Positions 50,318-59,114 of a stretch of DNA of 64,000 nucleotides are shown in pieces. This DNA is from an uncultured delta proteobacterium (GTDB lineage: Bacteria > Myxococcota > Kuafuiibacteriia > Kuafuiibacteriales > Kuafuiibacteriaceae). The stretch is taken from the NCBI GenBank assembly GCA_963803435.1, contig CAWDML010000001.1, positions 224,001 through 288,000 of the forward strand, written 5' to 3'. Made by a program: the position numbers and the translations under genes. Within the stretch, counting starts at the first letter, position 1. Each line of letters begins with the position of its first letter. The notes under the pieces were generated by a model. It was not told the origin of the DNA and made no database searches. It saw nothing but the letters and a program-made list of their open reading frames with translations.

Positions 50318-51193
50318 TCAGCTGGCGGTCTTCTTCTTCTTGGCCGGGGCTTTCTTGCTCGACTTGGCCCTCTTGGCCGGCTCCGCCTCCACCGGCGCAG
50401 CGGACGCGGGTGTGTCGTCCATCGCCCCGAGGCTGGCCTTGAGCGCGTCCATCAGATCGATGATCTGCGCGCGCGGAGCCTCGGCCGGCGCGACGGTGAC
50501 CGCCTCGCCGTCGATCTTCTGCTGGATCACGGCCTCGACGCGCTTCTTGACCTCGTCCTCGTAGTTCTCGGCGTGGAAGTCGTCCGCAGCGATCTGGTTG
50601 ATCAGCTGCATCGCCAGCGCGATCTCACCCTCCTTGAGCTCGATCGAGTCGTCGAGCGGGATCTCGGAGAACGGCACGACCTCGTCCGCGAAGTAGAGCT
50701 GGTGCATCGCGATCCCGCCCTCGTGCGGCGCCAGCATCACCAGGTAGGTCTTCCCGCGCGCCGCATACTTGGCGATCGCGTGGCGCCCACAGGTGCGCAT
50801 GGCCTCCGAGAGCAGCCGGTAGGCGCGCTCGCCGCCCTTATCGGGACCGAGCCAGTACGTTTTCTGCAAGTAGACCTGCGGAACGGTCTCGGACGGCACG
50901 AACTCGGTGATGTCGATGGACTGGGTCGACTTCTCCTGGAGCTGCTTGAGCTCCTCCTCCGTGAAGAGGACGTACTGGTCCTTGGCGTACTCGTAGCCCT
51001 TGACCATCTCGCTCCGTTCGACCACGCGGTTGTCGTCCTTGGGGTCGATGTACTGCTGCTTCAGCTTGTGGCCGGTCTTGGAGAGGAGATTGAAGGAGAT
51101 CGAGGCCTTCGAGTTGCCCGAGCTGTAGAGCTTGACGGGAATGTTCACGAGTCCGAAGGAGATGGAAGCTGTGCTGACAGCTCTGGGCGCCAT
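50318..51193 (-). CDS. ku: Non-homologous end-joining protein Ku
   Basis: SISFGLVNIPVKLY, MVKGYEY, I.I.EFVP, AY.LL.EAM and IIDLMDALKASL motifs with a basic tail; ATG 51193. Confidence 0.95.
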   Translation of the reverse strand: MAPRAVSTASISFGLVNIPVKLYSSGNSKASISFNLLSKTGHKLKQQYIDPKDDNRVVERSEMVKGYEYAKDQYVLFTEEELKQLQEKSTQSIDITEFVPSETVPQVYLQKTYWLGPDKGGERAYRLLSEAMRTCGRHAIAKYAARGKTYLVMLAPHEGGIAMHQLYFADEVVPFSEIPLDDSIELKEGEIALAMQLINQIAADDFHAENYEDEVKKRVEAVIQQKIDGEAVTVAPAEAPRAQIIDLMDALKASLGAMDDTPASAAPVEAEPAKRAKSSKKAPAKKKKTAS

Positions 51194-51198
51194 GGCGG

Positions 51199-51205
51199 TA
51201 TCATA
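51199..51205. promoter_or_regulatory. Putative overlapping bidirectional -10 element (TATCAT on +, TATGAT on -)
   Basis: TATCATA is the only AT-rich patch in the 21-bp ku/ligD gap; it lies 6 nt from the ku ATG and 10 nt from the ligD ATG. Confidence 0.5.
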
Positions 51206-51214
51206 GCGCGTTCC

Positions 51215-53791
51215 ATGCGGCGAAACGGCGAAAAGGACGCGGAGGCGTCCGGCGAGGAGGGCAAGCTCGACCGCTACTACGGGAAGCGGAGCGCCGACTC
51301 CACACCGGAGCCGTATGGTCAGACGTCGATCCCGCGCCCTCGGATCTTCGTGGTCCAAAAGCACGCCGCCCGCCGCACCCACTACGACCTGCGCCTCGAG
51401 CTCAACGGCGTCCTCGAGTCCTGGGCGATCCCGCACGGACCGAGCTTCGATCCGGCCATCAAGCGGCTGGCGGTGAAGGTCGAGGCCCACCCGCTCAACT
51501 ACGCCGACTTCGAAGGGGTGATCCCGGACGGAAACTACGGCGCAGGCTCCATGATCGTGTGGGACCGCGGCACCTGGCTCCCGCTCGAGGACCCCGACGA
51601 GGGCATGGAGCGGGGCAACCTCAAGTTCGAGCTCAAGGGCTACAAGCTGCGCGGCAAGTGGGGCCTGGTGAAGACCAAGGGCGACACCTCACAATGGCTG
51701 CTGATCAAGAAGGCCGACGCCTGGGCGGCGCCCGAGGGGAAGCGGAAGGTGGCGCAGGAGTCGATCCTATCAGGGCTCACGGTGGAGGATCTCAAGCAGG
51801 GACACCAGCGGATCGGGGAGATCGTGGAGGAGATCCGAGCGGCCGGCGGCGAGGCGCGCGCGGTCGATCCCAGGTCCCTCAAGGTGATGCTGGCCGAGAC
51901 CGCCGACGCGCCGTTCTCCCGCGAGGGCTGGATCTTCGAGCTCAAGTACGACGGCTACCGCCTCGTCTGCTCACGCAAGGACGGCGAGATCCGCCTCTAC
52001 TATCGGAGCGGCAACGACGCGACCGACATCTATCCCGACGTGGTCCGCACGCTGACCGCACTGCCCTTCGAGAACTTCCTCTTCGACGCGGAGGTGGTGG
52101 TCCTCGACGACGAGGCCAAGCCCAGCATCTACCGGCTCCAGCAGCGGACGCAGTGGCAGCGGGCCGTCGACATCGAACGGGCGGCCGTCGCGCACCCGGC
52201 CACGCTGTACGTCTTCGACCTGCTGTGGTTCGAAGGGCTGGATCTGCGGGCGCTCCCGGTGGTGGAGCGGAAGCGCGTCCTGCAGAAGCTGCTGCCCAAG
52301 GCCGGGCCCATGCGCTTCGCCGATCACATCGAGACCCGGGGTGAGGTCTTCTTCCGCGAGGTGGAGAAGCTGGGGCTCGAGGGCATCATGGCCAAGCGTG
52401 CGGCCAGCCGCTACTCGAGCGGACGCTCGAGCGACTGGCTGAAGATGCCGGCGCAGAAGTCCGGGGACTTCGTGATCGTCGGCTTCACGCTCCCCGACAA
52501 GGTCACGCGCACGGGGTTCCGGAACCTGCACCTGGCGCGCTATCTCGGCGATCAGCTGACGTACGTGGGGAAGGTGGGCTCGGGATTCTCGGAGGACCGG
52601 CTGATCGAGATCCGCGAGCAGCTCGAGCCCTTGATCCAGGAGGAGCGCGGCTTCGTCGGTGAGGTGGAGAAGTCGCGCGGGGGCGAGACCTGGGTCTGGC
52701 TGAAGCCGCGCCTGGTGGCGGAGATCCGGTACCTCCACTTCTCCGAGGACGGCCACCTCCGCTTCCCGGTGTTCCAGCAGATCCGGGTCGACAAGACCGC
52801 GGAGGATCTCCTCCACGAGTCGGTCCCCCCGCCGCCCCTCGAGGCCCCACCCGAGGTCGGCGAGCTCGACGACGACGACGCCGCGGCCCTGCGCAGCGTG
52901 CCCTTCACCAACCTCGACAAGGTGTTCTGGCAGGACGAGGGCTACACGAAGGGGGATCTGATCGACTACTACCGGAGCGTCTCCGACTGGCTGCTCCCGT
53001 ACATCCACGATCGTCCGGTGGTGCTGACGCGCTTCCCGGACGGCATCAAGGGCAAGAGCTTCTACCAGAAGGACGCGCCGCCGTTCGTCCCCGGATGGGT
53101 ACGCACCGAGCGGATGTGGAGCGAGCATTCGCAGCGCGAGATCGACTACTTCGTCTGCGACGATCTGGAGAGCCTGCTCTATCTGATCAACCTGGGCTCG
53201 ATCCCGATCCACATGTGGATGAGCCAGGCCTCCCACCTCCAGCAGCCCACCTGGTCCTTGCTGGATCTCGATCCGAAGAAGGCGAGCTTTCAGCAGGTGA
53301 TCGAGGTAGCGAACGCGATCCGCGCGCTCTGCGAGGAGATCGGCCTGCCCTCGTACGTGAAGACGACCGGCTCCACCGGCCTGCACATCCTGGTACCGCT
53401 CGGCAGGAGGTGCACCTTCGAGCAGTCGCGGTCGCTGGCGCAGCTGATCGGCCACGTGGTGGTGCGCGAGCTGCCCGACACCGCCACCATGACCCGGAAC
53501 ATTGCCTCGCGCGGTGAGCGGGTCTACATCGACTGGCTCCAGAACCGGCACGGGCAGCTGATGGTGTCGCCGCTCTCGGTCCGGCCGCTGGACGGCGCGC
53601 CCGTCTCGATGATGCTCGAGTGGTCGGAGGTGACCTCCGGCCTCGACCCTCAGGGATGGAACATCGACAACGCGGCCGAGCGGCTCGCCTCGATGCATCG
53701 GGACCCGATGCGCGAGGTGCTCGCGGTGACCCCGGACCTGCCGAAAGTGCTCGACGCCCTCAAGGCACACGTTCAAGGTGGAGGCTCATGA
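51215..53791 (+). CDS. ligD: DNA ligase D (phosphoesterase-ligase-polymerase)
   Basis: FVVQKHAARRTHYDLRLE (PE); ELKYDGYR and EGIMAK (LIG); RFPDGI..FYQK, DLDP and KTTGSTGLHI (POL). Confidence 0.95.
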   Translation: MRRNGEKDAEASGEEGKLDRYYGKRSADSTPEPYGQTSIPRPRIFVVQKHAARRTHYDLRLELNGVLESWAIPHGPSFDPAIKRLAVKVEAHPLNYADFEGVIPDGNYGAGSMIVWDRGTWLPLEDPDEGMERGNLKFELKGYKLRGKWGLVKTKGDTSQWLLIKKADAWAAPEGKRKVAQESILSGLTVEDLKQGHQRIGEIVEEIRAAGGEARAVDPRSLKVMLAETADAPFSREGWIFELKYDGYRLVCSRKDGEIRLYYRSGNDATDIYPDVVRTLTALPFENFLFDAEVVVLDDEAKPSIYRLQQRTQWQRAVDIERAAVAHPATLYVFDLLWFEGLDLRALPVVERKRVLQKLLPKAGPMRFADHIETRGEVFFREVEKLGLEGIMAKRAASRYSSGRSSDWLKMPAQKSGDFVIVGFTLPDKVTRTGFRNLHLARYLGDQLTYVGKVGSGFSEDRLIEIREQLEPLIQEERGFVGEVEKSRGGETWVWLKPRLVAEIRYLHFSEDGHLRFPVFQQIRVDKTAEDLLHESVPPPPLEAPPEVGELDDDDAAALRSVPFTNLDKVFWQDEGYTKGDLIDYYRSVSDWLLPYIHDRPVVLTRFPDGIKGKSFYQKDAPPFVPGWVRTERMWSEHSQREIDYFVCDDLESLLYLINLGSIPIHMWMSQASHLQQPTWSLLDLDPKKASFQQVIEVANAIRALCEEIGLPSYVKTTGSTGLHILVPLGRRCTFEQSRSLAQLIGHVVVRELPDTATMTRNIASRGERVYIDWLQNRHGQLMVSPLSVRPLDGAPVSMMLEWSEVTSGLDPQGWNIDNAAERLASMHRDPMREVLAVTPDLPKVLDALKAHVQGGGS

Positions 53792-54507
53792 CACCGGAGG
53801 AGGTGCGGTCGCTGGCGGCCGACTACGAGGGGCGGACACCGCAGGACATCCTGCGGCTGGCGTTCGACCGCATCGACGAGGTCGCCGTCGCCTTCAGCGG
53901 CTCCGAGGACGTCGTCCTGATCGCGATGGCGAAGAAGATCGATCCGAACGTCTCGGTCTTCTGCCTCGACACCGGGCGGCTGCACCCGGAGACCTACCGG
54001 TTCATCGAGAAGGTCCGGAAGCACCTCGACGTCGAGATCGAGATGCTGTTCCCCGACGCGGCCCGCGTGGAGAAGCTGGTGCGGGAGAAGGGGCTGTTCA
54101 GCTTCTACGAGGATGGGCACCAGGAGTGCTGCTCGATCCGCAAGGTGGGGCCGCTCCGGAAGCGCCTGGCGGCGCTGTCCGGCTGGGTCACGGGACAGCG
54201 GCGCGATCAGAGCCCGGACACGCGGGCCCGGATCCCGGTGATCGAGGTGGACAACGCCTTCTCCACGAAGGAGCGCACGCTGGTGAAGGTCAACCCGCTG
54301 GCCGCCTGGAGCTCGGCGGAGGTCTGGGCTTACCTCTCCGCCGAGGAGCTTCCCCACAACGAGCTCCACGAGCGGGGCTACGCCAGCATCGGCTGCGAGC
54401 CCTGCACCCGGGCGATCCTTCCGCACGAGCCGGAGCGCGCCGGCCGATGGTGGTGGGAGCAGGCCCGGGAGAAAGAGTGCGGCATCCACGCGGAGAACAA
54501 GCGGTGA
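53788..54507 (+). CDS. cysH: Adenylyl-sulfate (APS) reductase, thioredoxin-dependent, 4Fe-4S type
   Basis: AFSG.ED, LDTGRLH.ETY, CC..RKV.PL, TGQRRDQS, SIGCEPCT and RWWWE...KECGIH motifs; ATGA overlap with ligD. Confidence 0.93.
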   Translation: MTPEEVRSLAADYEGRTPQDILRLAFDRIDEVAVAFSGSEDVVLIAMAKKIDPNVSVFCLDTGRLHPETYRFIEKVRKHLDVEIEMLFPDAARVEKLVREKGLFSFYEDGHQECCSIRKVGPLRKRLAALSGWVTGQRRDQSPDTRARIPVIEVDNAFSTKERTLVKVNPLAAWSSAEVWAYLSAEELPHNELHERGYASIGCEPCTRAILPHEPERAGRWWWEQAREKECGIHAENKR

Positions 54508-54836
54508 AGATTACACTCGTCAAGAAGATCAAGCTCGACGGCTCTCCCTGCCGGAAGTGCGCCCAGGTGCTCGAACGCCTGGAAAAGGAGGGTCACCTGT
54601 CGCGGATCGATCGGATCGTGACGGCCGACGAGCGCGACCAGGAGAGCGAGGGGATGAAGCTGGCGAGGCACCACGCGGTAGAGCTGGCGCCTTTCTTCAT
54701 CGTGGAGAGTGACGGCGCCGAGCCGCGCGTGTACACGACCTATCATCGCTTCGTGAAAGAGGTGCTCTCGGAGACCGTCGACCAGGAGGAGGCCGACCGA
54801 GAGGTCCTGGAACGTACGGATCTCGACTTTATCTGA
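54504..54836 (+). CDS. Small thioredoxin/glutaredoxin-like protein
   Basis: GTG overlaps the cysH stop; PCRKC (CxxC) and V..APFFIV cis-Pro pattern. Confidence 0.7.
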   Translation: MKITLVKKIKLDGSPCRKCAQVLERLEKEGHLSRIDRIVTADERDQESEGMKLARHHAVELAPFFIVESDGAEPRVYTTYHRFVKEVLSETVDQEEADREVLERTDLDFI

Positions 54837-54844
54837 GGTCTCAT

Positions 54845-55282
54845 ATGAAAGAGCAGGACAAGAGGAAGGATCAGCGGCTCAAGAAGTTCTGGAGCTGGTT
54901 CGACGACGAGGTGGGCGCGGAGGCGTTCGGGGAGCGGGCGGAGACCGTCCAGAACGATCACGTCATGTACCCCGAGGATGTGGAGGACCGGCTCAGCTCG
55001 GAGGACGACGACTTCGTCGTGATCGATACACGCGAGATGGAGCAGTTCGAGGAGGCGCACGTGAAGGGCGCCATCAACATCCCGATCGACGAGATGATCG
55101 ACGACCTCGGACGGGTCGAGACGCACAAGGACAAGACGATCGCGCTGGTGTGCAACACCGGCTCCACGACCTCGTTCTTCGCCGCGATCTTCCTGCTCGA
55201 GAACGGCTTCGAAGAGGTCTACAACCTCGACCAGGGGCTGCAAGGCTGGATCGCCTCCGGCGGCGAGACCGAGCCCGACTGA
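54845..55282 (+). CDS. Rhodanese-like domain protein
   Basis: VIDTRE..F..AH.KGAINIP, active-site CNTG and GF..VYNL..G..GW motifs. Confidence 0.88.
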   Translation: MKEQDKRKDQRLKKFWSWFDDEVGAEAFGERAETVQNDHVMYPEDVEDRLSSEDDDFVVIDTREMEQFEEAHVKGAINIPIDEMIDDLGRVETHKDKTIALVCNTGSTTSFFAAIFLLENGFEEVYNLDQGLQGWIASGGETEPD

Positions 55283-55285
55283 GGC

Positions 55286-56554
55286 TCACAGCCCGGCCCG
55301 CTTCATCACCTTGTAGAGACCGCCGCGGGAGAGACCGGCGGCCTCGGCGGCCCGGCTCACCACGCCGTCGTGGCGCGACAGGAGCGTGCGCAGGTAGCGG
55401 CGCTCGAACCGGCGCAGAGCCTCGTCGTAGCGCTCCTCGGGCTGCTCGTCGGGGAAGAGGTGCTGCGGGCGGAGCGGGCCGCCCTTGGCGAGGACCACCG
55501 CGCGCTCGACCACGTTGCGCAGCTCGCGCGCGTTGCCGGGCCAGTCGTAGGCCTCCAGGAGCGCGATCGCGTCGGCCCCGATCTCGCCCAGGTGATCGAA
55601 GCGGTCCGCGAAGCGCCGCACCAGGAGCTCGACGTCCTCCGGCCGCTCCCGGAGCGGGAGCACCTTGGCCCGGACGACGTCGAGGCGGTGGTAGAGGTCG
55701 GCGCGGAACGTGCGCGCCTCCACCATGCGGACCAGCGAGCGGTGGGTCGCGGCGACGAAGCGGACGTCGATCGTGCGCTCGCGGTCCTCGCCGACTCGGG
55801 ACAGCGTGCGGCTCTCGAGCACGCGCAGCAGCTTGGGCTGGAGCTCGAGCGGGAGCTCGCCGACCTCGTCGAGGAACAGGGTGCCACCGCCCGCGCGCTC
55901 GAAGGCTCCGGTCCGCGGGGCGACCGCGCCCGTGAACGCGCCCTCGACATGACCGAACAGCTGGCTGGCGAGCAGGCTCTCCTGGATCGAGGCGCAGTCG
56001 ACCACCACGTAAGGGCCGACGGCTCGCGGCGAGGCCTCGTGGATGGCGCGCGCGAGCAGCTCCTTACCGGTGCCCGTCTCACCCTCGAGGATCACGGTGG
56101 CGTCGGAGGAGGAGGCCACCGCGATCTGCCCCAGCACGCGCCGCATCCCCTCGGACCGGGTGGCGAAGTCGCCGAAGCGGTCGACGCCCTGGATCTCGAT
56201 CGGGCGATCGACCGCCGTCAGCCGGAGCGTCGAGCGGCCCACCCGGATGCGACCGCCGGCGACCACGAACGCGCGCTCGACCCGCGTGTTGCCGATGCGC
56301 GTTCCGTTCTTGCTGTTCAGGTCCTTGGCGTCGAGTCCCTCGGGAAAGAGCCGCAGCTCCAGGTGGTAGCGGGAGACGCCCGGATCGGTGAGCACCAGAT
56401 CGTTGTCGCCGTGCGTCCCGACCAGCACGGTGCCGGCGGAGCGCTCGACCGAAAGACCGGCGTCGGGGCCCACGCTGACCTCGACCCGCCAGGTGCGCTC
56501 GACCATCGCCCCGGCCTCGGTGCTCGTGAGCAGCGTGGCGGTCGGCGAGGTCAC
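55286..56554 (-). CDS. FHA-domain sigma54-dependent transcriptional activator
   Basis: VG....DLVL.D..VSR.H and SKNGT (FHA); GETGTGKE, GAFTGA, LFLDE and WPGN.REL (AAA+); Fis-type HTH. Confidence 0.92.
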   Translation of the reverse strand: MTSPTATLLTSTEAGAMVERTWRVEVSVGPDAGLSVERSAGTVLVGTHGDNDLVLTDPGVSRYHLELRLFPEGLDAKDLNSKNGTRIGNTRVERAFVVAGGRIRVGRSTLRLTAVDRPIEIQGVDRFGDFATRSEGMRRVLGQIAVASSSDATVILEGETGTGKELLARAIHEASPRAVGPYVVVDCASIQESLLASQLFGHVEGAFTGAVAPRTGAFERAGGGTLFLDEVGELPLELQPKLLRVLESRTLSRVGEDRERTIDVRFVAATHRSLVRMVEARTFRADLYHRLDVVRAKVLPLRERPEDVELLVRRFADRFDHLGEIGADAIALLEAYDWPGNARELRNVVERAVVLAKGGPLRPQHLFPDEQPEERYDEALRRFERRYLRTLLSRHDGVVSRAAEAAGLSRGGLYKVMKRAGL

Positions 56555-56570
56555 GCCCTCGACGATAGCA

Positions 56571-56586
56571 CGGCATGCGCCATGCA
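56571..56586 (+). promoter_or_regulatory. Putative sigma54 promoter
   Basis: CGGCATGCGCCATGCA (GG-N10-GC); predicted +1 near 56597, just before ATG 56599. Confidence 0.45.
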
Positions 56587-56598
56587 CTCCGCCTGGGG

Positions 56599-56880
56599 AT
56601 GGACGAAGCCACCCTGATCCTGGAGCAGCAGAGCCTGCCTGCGTACTCGGCGCTGGCGCCGACGCTCGAGTATCCGGAGATCCGCCGCACGCAGCGCCGC
56701 GCCCGCTCGCAGCGCTGTTCGGCGGCGCGAACATGGGGGCGTACGCTCTGGCGAACACTGATCGTGTTGCTGTTGATCGGCGCGATCCTCCGCTCGACGG
56801 GGCACCACCGCGCTCACCTCGCCAGCCGGAAGCTCGGCGTGGACGTGCTCCTCGACCTCGAGGTTCACTTCGACCGATGA
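56599..56880 (+). CDS. Small single-pass membrane protein
   Basis: ORF between the two bEBP genes with a transmembrane segment LWRTLIVLLLIGAIL and an upstream sigma54-like site. Confidence 0.55.
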   Translation: MDEATLILEQQSLPAYSALAPTLEYPEIRRTQRRARSQRCSAARTWGRTLWRTLIVLLLIGAILRSTGHHRAHLASRKLGVDVLLDLEVHFDR

Positions 56881-56903
56881 CCCCGCTCTGCTACAGTCGA
56901 CCG

Positions 56904-58218
56904 GTGTCGGATGCGCGAACCGTCCCCCATCTGATCGAAGGACAGCCGCTCAGATTGCTGCGCATCGAGGTCGTGGGCGGCCCCGACAAGGGCGCGGTCT
57001 TCGAGCGCGTCACCGACACCGTGACGGTAGGGACCGCCGACGACAACGACCTGGTGCTGAAAGACGAGACCGTCTCCCGCTACCACGCCGAGCTGCAGCC
57101 GATCGGCGATCGCGTCCGGGTGATCGACCACGGATTCCACGAACGGCACCGCGGTGGGCCCCGCGTACCTCGAGCGCGGGACGGTGTCGCGCGGGACTGT
57201 GCTGGCGCTCGGCAAGTCGCTCCTGAAGATCCTCGACGGCGAAGCCCTCGAGGTCGAGCTGTTCGAGCAGGACGACTTCTTCGGGCTGATCGGGCGGAGC
57301 AGCGCGATGCGCCGGTTGATGGCGCGCTTGGCCCAGGCGGCGAAGACCGACGTCTCGGTACTGCTCAACGGCGAGACGGGGACCGGCAAGGAGGTGGTAG
57401 CGCGCTCGCTGCACTCGGCCAGCGCCCGCGCGGCCAAGCCGCTCGAGATCGTCGACTGCGGCGCGCTGATGCCCACCCTGGTCGCGAGCGAGCTCTTCGG
57501 GCACGAGAAGGGCGCCTTCACCGGCGCCAACCAGCAGTACGCGGGCGCTTTCGAGCGCGCCGACGGAGGGACGATCTTCCTCGACGAGATCGGTGAGCTG
57601 ACGCCGGAGCTGCAGGTGCGGCTGCTGGGTGTGCTCGAGCGCCGCGCGTTCCGTCGCGTCGGCGGATCCAAGCCGATCCAGGTCGACGTACGCGTGGTGA
57701 CCGCCACCCACCGCGACCTGCGGCAGCAGGTGAACACGGGCGAGTTCCGGCAGGATCTCTACTACCGGATCGCGGTGGCGCGCCTCGAGATCCCGCCGCT
57801 TCGGGATCGCCTCGAGGACGTCGAGCTCCTGGCCCAGCACTTCCTGAACGACCTCGAGGTCGACGCCCCGCTCCACCAGGTTCTCGCACACGACGCGATG
57901 CTGGCGCTGTCGCGCTACCACTGGCCGGGCAACGTGCGGGAGCTCCGGAACTTCGTGGAATCGGCGGTGGCGTTCGGCGGCGATCCGCCTGACCTGGAGC
58001 TCGAGGAGGGCCAGGCGCCGACGCGCGCCACGCCCTGGACCCGCTACTTCTCGAGACCCTACCGCGACGCCCGCGACCTCGCCATCCACGACTTCCAGTA
58101 CGCGTACCTCAAGGCACTGCTCGAGAAGCACGGCGACAACGTCACGCGCGCCGCGCAGGATGCCGGCATGAACCGACCGCACCTGATCCAGATCCTGAAG
58201 CGGATCGGCCTCCGCTAG
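56904..58218 (+). CDS. FHA-domain sigma54-dependent transcriptional activator; frameshift near 57135
   Basis: FHA in frame 56388..57596 (VSRYH). Deleting one T at GATTC 57133-57137 gives GSTNGT and joins GETGTGKE, GAFTGA, WPGNVREL and the HTH. Alternative start ATG 56877. Confidence 0.9.
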
Positions 58219-59111
58219 GAGCGTGTAGCGCGTAAGCGCTCACGCGACCCCGGTCCGGGTCCCGGTCCCGGTCCCGGTCCGGGTCCCGATCTGAAGATGG
58301 CTGCCTTGAGTCAGACGCTCGCGACGGTCGCGAGCTTCGATCGGTAGAGCTTGAGCAGGTTGTGGGTGAGGCAGACGAGCGTCCCCTCGGCTCGTACCTT
58401 GAAGAAGGAGCGTAGCGAGAACCGGCGGAATCCTCGTGCCCCTTTGATCTGTCCGAACGCCGGTTCGACGATACTCTTCCTGCGGGCGTAGACCGCCTTG
58501 CCGTCGCGCGTTTGCAACTTGTCTCGCATTCGCTTGCGAGCGAGCGAGGCAGGTGTGGGCTCCGAAGCTGATGAGGACGGAGTCGACGCGTCTTGGTTCT
58601 GTTCGCGTCCAACAGCGATGTGGGCATCGATCTGATTGTTGTCGCAGAATTCGATGTTGGTCGCGCTCAGATAGCCGTTGTCTGCCGTCATCTTCCGCGG
58701 AGCATCGCCGCAGTTGCCGAACACATCACGGAGCATCGGGACGAGGTGTTGCTGATCAGGTGCCTGGTTGCTGACCCCTTCGGCGACAATCACCTGAGCG
58801 TGCTCATCTACGACAACTTGGGCATTGTAGGCCTGGAGGTACGCTCCATCCTTCAACATGATCCTGGTTCGAGCTGGTCAGCCTGCGCTCTTGCCTTCTC
58901 GGCTCGAGTTCTCGCTCGCTTCTGCTCCACCCGATCCTCGCCAACGAGCAGAAGGTCCAAGCCGCCAGAGCCAAGCTCAAGCGCGTTGTCGAGAGGCTCA
59001 CGCGCCTCATCAAGTCGATGAACGCACGCCGGGCTGCATGATCGCCATCGGGACCGGGACCGGGACCGGGACCCGGACCGGGCTCGCGGTAGCGCTACGC
59101 GCTACACGCTC
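58219..59111. mobile_element. Internally deleted IS1182-family element (893 bp) with long terminal inverted repeats
   Basis: Perfect 16-bp IR GAGCGTGTAGCGCGTA at both ends, extending imperfectly to about 65-72 bp with (CCCGGT)n; flanked by CTAG at 58215-58218 and 59112-59115. Confidence 0.85.
58311..58859 (-). pseudogene. IS1182 transposase C-terminal fragment
   Basis: QAYNAQ.VVD, ADNGY.S, Y.RRK.IVEP.FG.IK..RGFRRF.LR and HNL.KL motifs; N-terminal half absent. Confidence 0.85.
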
Positions 59112-59114
59112 CTA

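Noticed and set aside
50048-51214. 1247-aa LigD with an extra N-terminal domain
   Set aside because: The extension is the antisense of ku and the MerR-TPR gene; LigD motifs begin after ATG 51215.
53788-54507. DndC/SspD phosphorothioate-type PAPS reductase linked to ligD
   Set aside because: It has the canonical assimilatory APS reductase length and motifs (CC..RK, CEPC, ECGIH), and no dnd/ssp genes are present.
898-57137. Widespread pseudogenisation or programmed frameshifting
   Set aside because: The reconstructed frames show no in-frame stops or decayed motifs and no slippery heptamers, and the breaks share a GAWTC/GATC context, which points to sequencing error.
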